Shown piece after piece: positions 38,041 to 49,246 of a DNA stretch of 64,000 nucleotides. Under the pieces are notes generated by a model, which had not been told where the DNA came from, did no database searches, and worked only from the letters and a program-made list of their open reading frames with translations. The stretch is taken from contig CALFRH010000477.1 in NCBI GenBank assembly GCA_937919225.1, forward strand, positions 546-64,545, read 5' to 3'. This DNA is from an uncultured Parvularcula sp. (GTDB lineage: Bacteria; Pseudomonadota; Alphaproteobacteria; Caulobacterales; Parvularculaceae). The translations under genes and the position numbers were made by a program. The first letter of the stretch is position 1, and every line of letters begins with the position of its first letter.

Positions 38041-39129
38041 ATGGTGAACCCAACCCTCATTCTTGGCCTTGAAAGCAGTTGCGACGACACTGCTGCGGCC
38101 CTCCTCCGGTGGGAAGAGGGCGCCGCGCCTCAGGTCTTGTCCTCCGTCGTGGTGGGCCAAGATGCAGCCCATGCCCCCTATGGCGGCGTTGTGCCCGAAA
38201 TCGCCGCCCGGGCCCATGCGAGCCGCCTTGATAGCGTCGTAGAAAAGGCCTTTTCGGAGGCGAAATTATCACCGGGTGAGGTGGATCTAATTGCGGCGAC
38301 AGCGGGTCCGGGCTTGATTGGCGGGGTGATGTCGGGGCTCACCTTCGCAAAAGGGCTTTCCCTAGGGCTGGGCGTGCCCTTGGTGCCGGTGAACCATTTG
38401 GCGGGCCATGCGCTGTCGGTGTTCCTCGAACAGGATGTGCCCTTTCCTTACCTGCTTCTTCTCGTGTCCGGCGGGCATACCCAGCTATTGCTGGTTGAGA
38501 GTGTCACCCAATTTAGACGCCTTGGCACCACCATTGATGATGCGGCCGGCGAGGCTTTTGACAAAACCGCGAAACTCCTCGGGTTAGAGGGGGCCGGTGG
38601 CCCGGCGATCGAGGCCCTTGCCAAAGACGGAGATGCGGTTGGGGTCGAGCTGCCGCGACCGCTTCTGGGGCGCGCTGGGTGTGATTTTTCTTTCTCAGGC
38701 CTCAAAACCGCGGTGCGCCAGCGGGTGGAAAAGGGCGACGCCAGTGCCGCCGATGTGGCCGCCAGCTTCCAAGGTGCGGCGGTGGGGCACCTTCTGACGC
38801 GAACGGAGCGGGCGATGACACAGCTGGCTGAAGAGGGGGCGGGCGCCCGACATCTCGTTGCTGCGGGCGGGGTGGCGGCCAATATGACGTTGCGTGCGGG
38901 GCTTGAGGGCATCGCCGCGCACCATGGCTGGGGCCTCACCGTGCCGCCTTTGCGCTATTGCACCGATAATGCGGCGATGATCGCCTATGCCGGGGCCGCC
39001 ATGGTTCGGGCGGGGGTTGGCCCCACGCCGGAGGAGGCCATGGGCTTGGCGCCCCGGGCGCGTTGGCCCCTGGATGACACCACAAACGCGACCACCCTTG
39101 GGGCTGGGCGAAAGGGACGGAAAGTATGA
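38041..39129 (+). CDS. tsaD: tRNA t6A synthesis protein TsaD
   Basis: LGLESSCDDT, GGVVPEIAARAH, HLAGH, SGGHT, CTDNAAMI. Confidence 0.97.
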   Translation: MVNPTLILGLESSCDDTAAALLRWEEGAAPQVLSSVVVGQDAAHAPYGGVVPEIAARAHASRLDSVVEKAFSEAKLSPGEVDLIAATAGPGLIGGVMSGLTFAKGLSLGLGVPLVPVNHLAGHALSVFLEQDVPFPYLLLLVSGGHTQLLLVESVTQFRRLGTTIDDAAGEAFDKTAKLLGLEGAGGPAIEALAKDGDAVGVELPRPLLGRAGCDFSFSGLKTAVRQRVEKGDASAADVAASFQGAAVGHLLTRTERAMTQLAEEGAGARHLVAAGGVAANMTLRAGLEGIAAHHGWGLTVPPLRYCTDNAAMIAYAGAAMVRAGVGPTPEEAMGLAPRARWPLDDTTNATTLGAGRKGRKV

Positions 39130-40154
39130 TGGGTGATGGCGTTAATGCGGATCCCTTTGGCCATGTGATGGTCCTTGGCGCTGGCGCCTGGGGCACAGCC
39201 CTGGCGGTCCATCTTGCCCGGGCGGGGCGGCGGGTCACCCTTTGGGCGCGGTCTCCGGCCCTGGCCGATGAGATGAATGAGCGGCGGGAAAATCCCGCCT
39301 ACTTGCCTGATGTGCCCCTTCCCGACGGCCTGGCGGCGACCTCGGATGCCGGCACCATCGCGGAGGTCGATGCCGCCCTTTGTGTGATTCCGGCGCAGCA
39401 TATGCGGGCCCAGCTGGGGGCCTTTGCCGCGGCCGCGGGGGATCGGCCCTTGCCAGTGGCGCTTTGTTCGAAGGGGATTGAACAGTCGACGGGCCTCCTC
39501 ATGCATGACGTCCTCTCCGAGGTGTGGCCCCGTGCGGGCGGCGCTGTCCTTTCGGGGCCAAGCTTCGCGGCGGATGTGGCGCGGGGCCTGCCAACCGCTG
39601 TCACCCTGGCAGATGCAGATGAGGAGCGGGGCGCCCGGTGGGGAACGACCCTCGCGACGAGTGGTTTTCGCCCCTATTATTCTGCCGATGTGCGCGGGGT
39701 TGAACTCGGTGGCGCCTACAAAAATGTCCTCGCCATCGCTTGCGGTGTGGTCGAGGGACGTGATCTGGGCAATAGCGCGAAGGCGGCCCTGATGGCGCGG
39801 GGTTTTGCTGAATGTATGCGCTTTGCCGGGGCGTTGGGCGCGCGGCCGGAGACGCTGAACGGTCTGTCCGGCCTTGGGGACATTATCCTCACCTGTTCAT
39901 CGCGGCAGTCGCGAAACATGTCCTTGGGCTATGAAATTGGGAAAGGTCGCCGGGCGGCCACGGTCTTGGCGGAGCGGCATTCGGTGGCGGAGGGGGCGGC
40001 AACCGCCCCGATTCTCACCGCGCTGGCCGCGGAAAAAGGGGTGGATGTCCCTGTCGCGAATGCTGTGGTGACCCTGCTTGAGGGAAAAGCGCCGGTGGAC
40101 GATGTGATGGAGGCCCTGATGACAAGGCCTCTCAAACCAGAACTATCGTCTTAG
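39126..40154 (+). CDS. gpsA: NAD(P)H-dependent glycerol-3-phosphate dehydrogenase
   Basis: GAGAWGTA, CSKGIE, LSGPSFA, KNVLAI, GLGD..LTC.SRN. Confidence 0.97.
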   Translation: MMGDGVNADPFGHVMVLGAGAWGTALAVHLARAGRRVTLWARSPALADEMNERRENPAYLPDVPLPDGLAATSDAGTIAEVDAALCVIPAQHMRAQLGAFAAAAGDRPLPVALCSKGIEQSTGLLMHDVLSEVWPRAGGAVLSGPSFAADVARGLPTAVTLADADEERGARWGTTLATSGFRPYYSADVRGVELGGAYKNVLAIACGVVEGRDLGNSAKAALMARGFAECMRFAGALGARPETLNGLSGLGDIILTCSSRQSRNMSLGYEIGKGRRAATVLAERHSVAEGAATAPILTALAAEKGVDVPVANAVVTLLEGKAPVDDVMEALMTRPLKPELSS

Positions 40155-40157
40155 AGC

Positions 40158-40547
40158 TTAGCGCTGGATGGACCGCAGTGACGCGTAATAGCCGCGGCAG
40201 GTACTTGGCTTACCAGGCGCCTGTTGGCCGTTCGCCCACCCCCAGGTCCAGGCGTTCCCGCCATCGGCCCCAAGCATGTTGGAGCAGGCTGCAAAGCCGC
40301 CGCGATATTCAACACTCTCAATGTTGCCAGCCTTTTTGCCATAGGCAAAAGCCTGCTCATAGCAAGTGCAAAGGTCCTTATCGGCATTACCGGTGAAGGA
40401 CACGAGCCCGGTTCCTAAAATGGCCGTTTGCTCTGGCACATCGGCCACCACAGGGGCCCTGGTGCCCGACCGCATGACCACGACGGTCACCGCCGCGATA
40501 ATGGCGAGAAGCAAAATTCCAGCAAATGCGCTTTCCGTACGTCCCAT
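40158..40547 (-). CDS. Hypothetical membrane-anchored protein with four Cys
   Basis: N-terminal TM; CTC..C..C; fills gap between gpsA and alkB. Confidence 0.65.
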   Translation of the reverse strand: MGRTESAFAGILLLAIIAAVTVVVMRSGTRAPVVADVPEQTAILGTGLVSFTGNADKDLCTCYEQAFAYGKKAGNIESVEYRGGFAACSNMLGADGGNAWTWGWANGQQAPGKPSTCRGYYASLRSIQR

Positions 40548-40754
40548 GGGTGCGATCCCCCGCAGCGTGACTATCTCTTAACGATACCGTGGCGAAGCGC
40601 CCGCGCCAAGGGTTAACAAACAACGAACGCGCGAAAAGCGCGCCTTTTCGTCCCGGGCACCGCTGCATCTAGGTGTTTTGGGCCCTTAAACCTTTAGTGT
40701 ATAAGGGGAATGAGAGGCGGGAAGAAGGAAAAATAGAAGGGCTCAGGACACGCT

Positions 40755-41945
40755 ATGCGATTTGCAACCACTGCGCAGGATGGCACCTCTTTCCAATATA
40801 ATGATGCCAAACGTTGGCTTTGGCTGGTCGGGGGCGCCTGGACGTTCGGCGTGCCCTATGTCGCTGCCGCCATCTTCTTCGCCACTGGCGGTGCCCTTTG
40901 GACGGTGTTTTTGCTGCCCCTCCATATTTTCGTGATTGTGCCCGTGATTGATTATTTTGTGGGGGAGGATCGGGACAACCCGCCTGAACCCATTGCAGAG
41001 GTGATGACGGCGGACCCGTTTTATATGCGGATGATCCATATCCTTGTCTTACTGGGCTACGCGTCCGTTATTGGCGGTATGTGGTTTGTTATGAGCCAAA
41101 ATCTTCCCGTTTGGGCGGGGGTGATCACCATTGCGATTTTAGGCCTCCATAATGGGACGCTCATCACCCTTGCCCATGAATTGGGGCACAAGACCAACAA
41201 GCTGGATCGCTTTTTCGCCAAGCTGTCCCTTGGTGCGGTCGGGTACGGACATTTTATGGTTGAGCATAATCTGGGGCACCACAAAAATGTGTCGACACCG
41301 GAGGATTGTGCCTCCGCCCGTATGGGGGAGAGTGTCTATGCCTTTGCGACCCGGGAATTACCCGGCGCGTTCCTGGGGGCCTGGCGCATTGAAGGGGAGC
41401 GCCTGAAAAAGCGCGGTCACAAACTCTTCTCTCGGCATAATGAGATTTTGCAATCCAATGCGATAACGCTTGTGTTCGCAGGAGGGCTCATCGCATGGCT
41501 TGGCCCTCAAGTGCTGCCTTGGTTCATCCTTCATGGGGCGTTGGCTTATTGGGGCCTTACCAGTGTCAATTATATCGAGCATTATGGCCTTCTGCGGCAA
41601 AAAATGCCCAATGGCCGGTATGAGCTATGTGCTCCGCGCCATAGTTGGAATACGGACCATACCTTCTCCAATATTATGCAGGTCCAGCTGCAACGGCATT
41701 CAGACCACCATGCTAATCCAATGCGGCCCTACCAGGTGTTGCGGAGTTTTGACGATGTGCCGCGCCTGCCGTCCGGATATCCCGGCTGTATTGCGCTAGC
41801 GGCTATTCCGCCTCTTTGGTTTCGGGTGATGGACCCCCGCGTGATGAAATGGGCCGACGGTGATTTGGCAAAAGCCAACATCCATGGGCCCGCCCGGCCG
41901 CGGCTCGAGCAGCGGTGGGGAGGGGCACCAGGAGCGAACGCTTAG
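40755..41945 (+). CDS. alkB: Alkane 1-monooxygenase
   Basis: His boxes [21 protein letters not shown]; NYIEHYG. Confidence 0.93.
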   Translation: MRFATTAQDGTSFQYNDAKRWLWLVGGAWTFGVPYVAAAIFFATGGALWTVFLLPLHIFVIVPVIDYFVGEDRDNPPEPIAEVMTADPFYMRMIHILVLLGYASVIGGMWFVMSQNLPVWAGVITIAILGLHNGTLITLAHELGHKTNKLDRFFAKLSLGAVGYGHFMVEHNLGHHKNVSTPEDCASARMGESVYAFATRELPGAFLGAWRIEGERLKKRGHKLFSRHNEILQSNAITLVFAGGLIAWLGPQVLPWFILHGALAYWGLTSVNYIEHYGLLRQKMPNGRYELCAPRHSWNTDHTFSNIMQVQLQRHSDHHANPMRPYQVLRSFDDVPRLPSGYPGCIALAAIPPLWFRVMDPRVMKWADGDLAKANIHGPARPRLEQRWGGAPGANA

Positions 41946-43108
41946 ACAGACGCTTCAGCCGTCATCCGCTTCCTCGCCGATGACGCTCGTTCTTTAACGC
42001 TTTGAGATTTGAGCTGCCCGCAGGCCGCGGCGATGTCGCGCCCTCGCGGGGTGCGGATAGGACTGGCATAGCCCGCCGCGTTCACAATGTCCGCAAACCG
42101 TTCAATACGTTCCCATGAAGAGCATTCATAGGGGCTGCCCGGCCAGGGGTTAAAGGGGATAAGATTGATCTTGGCGGGGATGCCTTTCAGTAAACGCACC
42201 AATTCGCGCGCTTCGGCATCGCTATCATTGACACCATCGAGCATCACATATTCGAAGGTAATCCGCTTGGCGTTGCTTGTCCCCGGATAGGCCCTGCATG
42301 CGTCAAGCAGGTCTTTTAACGGCCATTTTTTGTTGATAGGCACCAGCTCATCGCGCAGCTCATCATTCGTTGCATGCAAACTAATCGCGAGCATTGCGTC
42401 GGTTCGCTCGCCAAGGGCCTGCATCTGGTTGACAATTCCAGATGTGGATACGGTGATCCGGCGGCGGGAGAGGGAGATGCCCTCATTGTCCGAAATAATA
42501 TCGATAGCGCTCGTCACATGATCAAGATTATAGAGGGGTTCTCCCATGCCCATAAAGACAATATTTGATAGCTGACGGTCCTCTTTGCTCGATGGCCATT
42601 CGCCAATATCGTCCTTGGCCACCATAAGCTGGGCCACAATCTCAGTCGCCGTTAAATTACGGACTAAGCGTTGGGTGCCCGTATGGCAAAAAGTGCAATT
42701 CAGAGTGCAGCCGACCTGGCTCGAAACGCAAAGGGCGCCCGCGCGGCCGACGCCGGGGATAAAGACGGTTTCAGCTTCAATGCCGGGTGCAAAGCGAATC
42801 AAATATTTCCGTGTACCATCTGTTGAGACTTGCCGTTCCACCAATTCGGGCCGCGCGATCGTGTAGCGTTCGGCGAGTGCCGCTCGCATTGTCTTGGCGA
42901 TATTGGTCATCGCGTCGAAATCGCGAACGCCATGGCCATAAATCCATTGCCACAACTGATTGGTGCGCATCTTGGCGGGCTTCGGGTCAAGGCCAAGGTC
43001 CGCTGCCAGCCGCGCCTGTAGCTCAGCGCGACCAAGGCCAATCAAATTGACCTTCTCGTCACCGCCCCCATTGGTGGGCGAATGGGTATTGATAAGCGTT
43101 GTGGGCAC
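41942..43108 (-). CDS. rlmN: 23S rRNA/tRNA m2A methyltransferase
   Basis: [30 protein letters not shown]. Confidence 0.97.
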   Translation of the reverse strand: MPTTLINTHSPTNGGGDEKVNLIGLGRAELQARLAADLGLDPKPAKMRTNQLWQWIYGHGVRDFDAMTNIAKTMRAALAERYTIARPELVERQVSTDGTRKYLIRFAPGIEAETVFIPGVGRAGALCVSSQVGCTLNCTFCHTGTQRLVRNLTATEIVAQLMVAKDDIGEWPSSKEDRQLSNIVFMGMGEPLYNLDHVTSAIDIISDNEGISLSRRRITVSTSGIVNQMQALGERTDAMLAISLHATNDELRDELVPINKKWPLKDLLDACRAYPGTSNAKRITFEYVMLDGVNDSDAEARELVRLLKGIPAKINLIPFNPWPGSPYECSSWERIERFADIVNAAGYASPIRTPRGRDIAAACGQLKSQSVKERASSARKRMTAEASV

Positions 43109-43230
43109 CGGGTCTGTGCGAACCTCATGTCAGGCAAAGAGGGGCGCGCATACAGGAAAAGGGCACGACTGTTAAGCGGGTGCTTCTTAGGAGACCCCAA
43201 AACCCGGGCGACTGTCCTGACGACTAAGAG

Positions 43231-43449
43231 TTATCGTGGCGGCTTATCGTCCACATATTCAAGGATGTCCCCCGGCTGGCAGTCGAGCGCCTTGCAAATC
43301 GCTTCCAGGGTGGAAAAGCGGACGGCTTTCGCCTTGCCGGTTTTGAGGATCGACAGGTTGGCGATCGTGATCCCCACAGTCTCTGATAGTTCCGTCAAAG
43401 ACATGCCCCGGCGCTGCAGCATTCGGTCAAGCTTTACATAGATCGTCAT
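43231..43449 (-). CDS. XRE (YozG-like) HTH regulator
   Basis: GITIANLSILKTGKAKAVRFSTLEAICKALDCQPGDILEY. Confidence 0.9.
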   Translation of the reverse strand: MTIYVKLDRMLQRRGMSLTELSETVGITIANLSILKTGKAKAVRFSTLEAICKALDCQPGDILEYVDDKPPR

Positions 43450-43726
43450 GGCCGGGTCTTTGCCCCGATCCTTTGGCCTTCACCGTTGCAGGCTTGGCCT
43501 TTGTGAGCGTTTGCCCATAGTAAGTGTGGAGCCCCCATTATGTGGGTTGCATGTGCGATCAAAACGCCTTCTTTCCCTCTCATGGCCGTTTTAGGGCCCC
43601 AGCCGCCCCCCTATTACGGCGACCCATCCGACCTTTTATACAAAGCCGTGACGTCTGGCCAGCGATCCCTAAACCGGGCCATATCGACCGAGACCGTAAA
43701 CAGACCCAGAGGAAGGGGAACCGATC

Positions 43727-44341
43727 ATGATAAGTAGGGGCGAAAAGCTGGTTCTCGCCAGCCACAATCAGGGCAAGCTGAAAGAGTTTGCCCAAGCCTT
43801 CGCCCCCTATTCGGTTGGGTTTACATCGGCGGCGGCTCTGGGGTTGCCCGAACCTGAGGAAACGGGCGCAACGTTTACGGACAATGCTTTGCTGAAGGCT
43901 CGCGCCGCTGCGCTCGGGGCGAGTATGGCGGCTCTAGCGGATGATTCAGGTCTAGCCGTGACAGGGCTCGACGGTGCGCCCGGCATTTATTCAGCGCGAT
44001 GGGCGGGGCCGGGGAAGGACTTCGCCGTTGCATTTGACCGTATCAAGACAGAATTAGAAGGGAAGGGGATATCGCCTGAGGGGGCAGAGGCCGCTTTCGT
44101 GTGTGTCCTTGCTGTCGTTACGCCCCAAGGGCAGGAGATCACGGCCGAGGGGCGGGTTACCGGTCGGCTGACCTTCCCGCCCCGCGGGAGCGGCGGGTTT
44201 GGCTATGATCCGGTTTTCGTGCCCGAGGGGGAGGGGCGGACGTTCGGCGAGATGACCCCGGAGGAAAAGGCGCGCTTCTCCCACCGAATGCGCGCTTTTG
44301 ATGCCTTGGTTCGAAAGATATGGCCGGACGGGGCGCCATGA
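43727..44341 (+). CDS. rdgB: Non-canonical purine NTP pyrophosphatase
   Basis: ASHNQGK, ADDSGL, APGIYSARW, GFGYDPVF, SHR. Confidence 0.96.
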   Translation: MISRGEKLVLASHNQGKLKEFAQAFAPYSVGFTSAAALGLPEPEETGATFTDNALLKARAAALGASMAALADDSGLAVTGLDGAPGIYSARWAGPGKDFAVAFDRIKTELEGKGISPEGAEAAFVCVLAVVTPQGQEITAEGRVTGRLTFPPRGSGGFGYDPVFVPEGEGRTFGEMTPEEKARFSHRMRAFDALVRKIWPDGAP

Positions 44342-45483
44342 GGGCGACCGAACCACCGCCGACGGGGCTTTATATCCATTGGCCCTTTTGTGATCGGATT
44401 TGTCCTTACTGCGACTTTACCGTGGCGAAAAATAAAGCAGTTAACGAGGCTGCGTGGGAGCAGGCGCTCCTCGCCGATATCGCCTATTGGGCGGAGAGGG
44501 TGGGGCGACGCCCCCTTGTCAGTATCTATTTTGGCGGCGGGACCCCTTCTTTGATGAACCCCGCGCTTGTTGAGCGCTTGTTGGAGGCGGCTGAGTATCA
44601 TTTTGGGTTAGCGGACGATATCGAGGTGACTTTAGAGGCAAACCCCACCGACGCAGAGGTTGCGCGGTTTCAACGCTTCAGGGCGGCGGGCATCAACCGG
44701 TTATCCTTAGGCATACAATCTTTCGATGATGATCAATTGCGTTTCCTAGGGCGAAATCATGACGGCGCATCAGCAAGAGGGGCAGTCGAGACGGCTCTTA
44801 AATGCTATGATCAAGTCACGTTTGATCTCATCTATGCCTTGCCTGGGGAGACATTGGAGGAATGGGCGTCGCGGTTGCGGGATGCGGTGGCGATGGGATC
44901 TCGCCACCTATCGCTTTATCAGTTAACGGTGGAACCGGGGACCGCGTTTGCTAAAGCGGTTGACCGGCGGGAGTGGTCTCCGCTGGATGAGGCGGCGGCG
45001 GCGGACCTCTATATAGCCGCCGGTGAGATAATGGCGGCTGCGGGCGTTCCGGCCTATGAAGTGTCGAATTATGCGGCGATGGGGCAGAGGGCTGTTCACA
45101 ATAGTCTTTATTGGAAGGGGGCTGACTGGGTGGCGATTGGCCCTGGCGCCCATGGGCGCATCACATCCGATACGGAGCGCTGGGCAACCGAGGCTTCACC
45201 TTCTGTGAAGGCGTATACAGATGGAAAACCAGATACGCGCTTCTCAACTGAACGTCTTGATGCTCACGCGGTGGTGACTGAGCGGTTGGCCGGCGGTTTA
45301 AGGCCAGTGGAGGGCCTTTCTCTCGATCAATTGCCTTTGTGGGCGCAAGACGAGATCACGCGGGCTCGGGAAAAACTGACAATGCAGGGACTTTTGCTGG
45401 ACAGGGTGGGTTGTCTTCAGCCCTCCCCCCAAGGGCGCCTTCTCATCGATTATATTGTCCGTGAACTGGTAGCGGCCCTTTAG
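44338..45483 (+). CDS. hemW: Radical SAM heme chaperone
   Basis: [29 protein letters not shown]. Confidence 0.94.
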   Translation: MRATEPPPTGLYIHWPFCDRICPYCDFTVAKNKAVNEAAWEQALLADIAYWAERVGRRPLVSIYFGGGTPSLMNPALVERLLEAAEYHFGLADDIEVTLEANPTDAEVARFQRFRAAGINRLSLGIQSFDDDQLRFLGRNHDGASARGAVETALKCYDQVTFDLIYALPGETLEEWASRLRDAVAMGSRHLSLYQLTVEPGTAFAKAVDRREWSPLDEAAAADLYIAAGEIMAAAGVPAYEVSNYAAMGQRAVHNSLYWKGADWVAIGPGAHGRITSDTERWATEASPSVKAYTDGKPDTRFSTERLDAHAVVTERLAGGLRPVEGLSLDQLPLWAQDEITRAREKLTMQGLLLDRVGCLQPSPQGRLLIDYIVRELVAAL

Positions 45484-47381
45484 GCAGGTTCTGTCCCAAC
45501 GCTTGATTGGGCATCGGCGTCGCCATCTTCGCGGGTCCACCGGTCGATCATGTCGAGAAGATCATCCGGATCAAACGGCTTTGACAAAAAGTCATCCATC
45601 CCAGCGGCCAAGCACTGTTTCCTGTCGGCGCCCGACGCATTGGCCGTGAGGGCGATGATGGGGGTGTGGGCGCCCCCGGTGGCCCGAAGTTTTTGAGTGG
45701 CCTCAAGTCCGTCCATCACCGGCATGCGCATGTCCATCAGGACAATGTCGTACGGGGCGAGGGCAAAGGTTTCGATGGCTTCGGCTCCATTGCCGGCCTG
45801 ATCCACATGGTGGCCGGCGCGTTTGAGGATCGCGGTCGCGAGAACGGCGTTGATCTGGTTGTCCTCGGCAAGAAGCACGCGCCGCTTTGGGGTTTGCCGC
45901 GCCGGGGCGCTTGTCGCTGCGCTGTCCAACCGCTCAACGCGGGAACGGGCCGGCGCTGCCTCGGGTGTATCGGTGAGGCGTTCTTCAAGGCTCGATTGCC
46001 GAATGGGTTTAATGAGGTACCCGGCAAACCCTGCCCGGCGGAACGCCTCTAGTCGGCCGCGCGCCACTGGCGATAGAAGGACCAGCGCGCGCGGAGAGGC
46101 CTTGGCCAGCTTTGCGCCATCGCTAGCGGCAAAGGGCAAATCACACAGAAGCGGGGCCATGGGCGTCTTGGCCAGATGGTCGAGGGCCTCCTGCGGGGTT
46201 GAGGCGAATAGAATCGTGCTCACGCCAGCGGCCTCAAGCTGTAAGGACAGCATGCGGCGTAAAAAGGCGTGATCGGTGGCGACCACCACGGGGGTGTCAA
46301 TCGCACAAGGGGGGCGAGCGGGAGCCGCATCCGCGACGCGGAAAGGCAGGGTAAAGCCGAACGTACTGCCTCTACCAATCTCACTCTCTAAGTGGATTTC
46401 GCCGCCCATGGCCTCAACAATGCGCTGCCCAATGGCAAGGCCCAGGCCAGTGCCCTCATGTTGGCGCGCCCGTGTATCATCTGCCTGCTGAAATTCTTGG
46501 AAGATTTTGCTGGCATCAGCGCTTGAGATGCCAATACCGGTATCGCGCACGAGACAAGTGATATTCACAATCCCGTTGCCGGGTTGGCTGGCCACGCGCC
46601 ATTCAACGCTGACCCCGCCCTCTTCGGTGAATTTCACGCCATTGCCCACGAGATTAAGGAGCACTTGGCGCAGGCGCGCTTCGTCCCCCACAAGGCGGCG
46701 GGGCACGTTGGGTTCAATATAACTTGCGATCTCGAGCCCCTTTTGAGCGGCCCGCGGAGAAAGGAGTTCCACCACCGCTTGGATGAGGGTTATGGGGTCG
46801 AAGGGTTGGTCTTCCAGCTCTAGGTGGCCGGCATCAATCTTGGAATAGTCGAGAATATCATTGATCAGCCCTAGGAGGGCCATCCCGGACTCCCGAACCG
46901 CCTCGGTATAGGCCCGTTGGTTGGGATCAAGGCCGGTATCCAGCATCAGGCCGGTCATTCCCAAAATGCCATTAAGGGGCGTGCGCATCTCGTGGCTCAT
47001 GGTGGCAAGGAACCGCGACTTAGAGTCAGCCGTGTCCGCGGCACTGCGCGCCATTTCTTTTAGGACCGCCCAGTTCTTCCGGTCCCGAGTCACATCTTGA
47101 CCCGTATACAGAAGAACATCATCCGGGAGGGGGGAAACCGTCCACTCGATGAGACGTGCGGCACCTTTTTTCTCCACCGTGGTGGTGAACTTTCCAGTGG
47201 CCCCCACTGGGCATTTTACAATGCGCATCCCTTGGGGAAGACTGATAGGCGAAAAGGAATCTGTTTCGTCTACCGGAATGGCACCGGCCGCTGCGCCATT
47301 GACATAGCGCACCGCGCCCGCGCTGTCAGTGACGACGGCGTAATGGGCAATCCGGTCGAGTACCGCCAAGGAAGGCGCCAT
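45480..47381 (-). CDS. Soluble hybrid histidine kinase, ShkA-like (HisKA, HATPase, pseudo-receiver, receiver)
   Basis: [11 protein letters not shown]; degenerate REC ending [10 protein letters not shown]; REC LLAEDN..LMDMRMP; no TM if started at 47381. Confidence 0.85.
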   Translation of the reverse strand: MAPSLAVLDRIAHYAVVTDSAGAVRYVNGAAAGAIPVDETDSFSPISLPQGMRIVKCPVGATGKFTTTVEKKGAARLIEWTVSPLPDDVLLYTGQDVTRDRKNWAVLKEMARSAADTADSKSRFLATMSHEMRTPLNGILGMTGLMLDTGLDPNQRAYTEAVRESGMALLGLINDILDYSKIDAGHLELEDQPFDPITLIQAVVELLSPRAAQKGLEIASYIEPNVPRRLVGDEARLRQVLLNLVGNGVKFTEEGGVSVEWRVASQPGNGIVNITCLVRDTGIGISSADASKIFQEFQQADDTRARQHEGTGLGLAIGQRIVEAMGGEIHLESEIGRGSTFGFTLPFRVADAAPARPPCAIDTPVVVATDHAFLRRMLSLQLEAAGVSTILFASTPQEALDHLAKTPMAPLLCDLPFAASDGAKLAKASPRALVLLSPVARGRLEAFRRAGFAGYLIKPIRQSSLEERLTDTPEAAPARSRVERLDSAATSAPARQTPKRRVLLAEDNQINAVLATAILKRAGHHVDQAGNGAEAIETFALAPYDIVLMDMRMPVMDGLEATQKLRATGGAHTPIIALTANASGADRKQCLAAGMDDFLSKPFDPDDLLDMIDRWTREDGDADAQSSVGTEPA

Positions 47382-47558
47382 ATCTGCTCCCGCATAAGGT
47401 GGCAATAAGAGGGTCAGTACGAGCACCCACCCGTCTTTGCCCACTCAAGCATCCGCCCAGATTGCGCCTGAAAGGTTGAACAAAAGGTAATAGGTCTTAC
47501 CAAAGACTAACGGGTGTTAACCCTATGAGATGGTGTGTTTGGGAGGGCTGCCTATCGT

Positions 47559-49124
47559 TTAGCCACGTCCGCCGAGATTATGGGAGCCGGAGATCAGTCC
47601 TGGCGAGGAGGTCTGGACAGTTGGTTGATCTTCCCGCCGCCGGAAGCTGATCGCCTCTGCCACGTGACGCCGGGCCACGCCGCCCCCACCATCAAGATCG
47701 GCAAGGGTCCTCGCGACGCGTAAAATGCGGGTGTACGCCCGGGCGGATAGACCCAAACTCTCGCACGCCCGGGTGAGAAGGGCGGCCCCTTCCGCATCGG
47801 GGGCGGCGATCTCTTGCAATTCAGCATCCGGTAGGGAGGCATTAAGCGCCAGTTTCTTGCTACGGCTCTGCTGAACATCTCTAGCGGCGGCCACCCGTGC
47901 GGCGACGACGGCACTTGTCTCCCCTGTCGCCGGGCCCGCCAAATCAAGGGCAGAGACCGGCGGGGTTTCGATGCACAAATCCATCCTGTCCATGAAGGGG
48001 CCAGATACTCGCCCTTGGTAATTGACCTCGCAATGGGGGCCGCGCCCACAGGCCCGACCGCTCGCCTTCCCATAGCCGCAGCGACACGGGTTCATGGCCG
48101 CCACCAGCTGAAAATTAGCCGGGTACCGCACATGGGCATTGGCGCGGGCGATCATCACGTCCCCGGTTTCCAAAGGTTGCCGCAAACTATCAAGGACGGA
48201 GGCGGAGAATTCCGGCAGTTCATCAAGGAACAAAACCCCATGGTGGGCAAGGGATACCTCCCCCGGTTTGGCCCGCGCCCCGCCGCCCACCATGGCCGCC
48301 ATAGAGGCTGAATGATGCGGCGCACGAAAAGGCCTTGCCCGACAAAGCGCCCCGCCCTCAATCAATCCGGCAACGGATTGGATCATAGAGATCTCTAACA
48401 TCTCTTGTGCCGTGAGGGGCGGCAAAAGGCCTGGCAGTCGCGCCGCCATCATGGACTTGCCCGACCCTGGTGGGCCGACCATTAAGAGGTTATGTCCCCC
48501 CGCTGCGGCGATTTCGAGGGCGCGTTTCGCGGTCTCCTGCCCCTTAACGTCGGCAAGGTCCGCCGGGGGCGGCCCGTCAAGAAGGGCGCCGGGCTTTGGC
48601 GCTGATAAGACTTGGGTGCCTTTAAAATGATTGGCCAACTGAATAAGGGTTTTGGGCGCCAGCACTTGCACTCCGTCCCCGGCCCAGGCCGCTTCCGCCC
48701 CCGCGCCCACCGGGCAGATAAGACCCATATCTTGACCATGTGCCGCCACGGCTGCGGGCAGGGCGCCAGTGGTGGCGGCCAAGCTGCCATCAAGGCCTAA
48801 CTCTCCGATCACAGCGAACCGATCGACGGCATCCCGCGGAATGGCGCCCATCTCCGCCATGAGCGCCAGGGCGATGGGCAGGTCAAAATGACTTCCCTCC
48901 TTGCGCACATCGGCGGGAGCCAGGTTCACCGTGATGCGTTTGGGAGGCACGCCGAGGCCAATGGCCGCAAACGCCGACCATATCCGTTCCCGTGCTTCAG
49001 ACACGGATTTATCAGGTAGACCGACAATGAAGAATTTGGGGTTGCCGCCAGAAATCTGGCATTGAACAGAGACCGGCCTGGCCTCCACCCCCTCAAATGC
49101 AAATGTCGTGACCTCGGCGACCAT
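47559..49124 (-). CDS. comM: YifB/ComM Mg-chelatase-like AAA+ ATPase
   Basis: ITVNLAPAD.RKEGSHFDLP, GPPGSGKS, PFRAPHH, LFLDELPEF, AAMNPCRCG. Confidence 0.95.
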   Translation of the reverse strand: MVAEVTTFAFEGVEARPVSVQCQISGGNPKFFIVGLPDKSVSEARERIWSAFAAIGLGVPPKRITVNLAPADVRKEGSHFDLPIALALMAEMGAIPRDAVDRFAVIGELGLDGSLAATTGALPAAVAAHGQDMGLICPVGAGAEAAWAGDGVQVLAPKTLIQLANHFKGTQVLSAPKPGALLDGPPPADLADVKGQETAKRALEIAAAGGHNLLMVGPPGSGKSMMAARLPGLLPPLTAQEMLEISMIQSVAGLIEGGALCRARPFRAPHHSASMAAMVGGGARAKPGEVSLAHHGVLFLDELPEFSASVLDSLRQPLETGDVMIARANAHVRYPANFQLVAAMNPCRCGYGKASGRACGRGPHCEVNYQGRVSGPFMDRMDLCIETPPVSALDLAGPATGETSAVVAARVAAARDVQQSRSKKLALNASLPDAELQEIAAPDAEGAALLTRACESLGLSARAYTRILRVARTLADLDGGGGVARRHVAEAISFRRREDQPTVQTSSPGLISGSHNLGGRG

Positions 49125-49171
49125 CCTCTCTCACCTCCCATGGCATGCCCATAGGAGTGACAGAATAATCG

Positions 49172-49186
49172 GAACAATTCAAGAAC
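49172..49186 (-). promoter_or_regulatory. Alphaproteobacterial LexA box upstream of comM
   Basis: GAAC-AATTCAA-GAAC, i.e. GTTC-N7-GTTC on the gene strand, ~48 bp upstream of start. Confidence 0.8.
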
Positions 49187-49246
49187 ATTTTGCAGTGTCA
49201 GGGTTGAATTTTACCGCTGACACTATCGCCGCCTTTAGCGTCGTCT

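Noticed and set aside
43540-43737. 65-aa ORF overlapping the rdgB start
   Set aside because: No recognisable family or convincing RBS; not similar to rph
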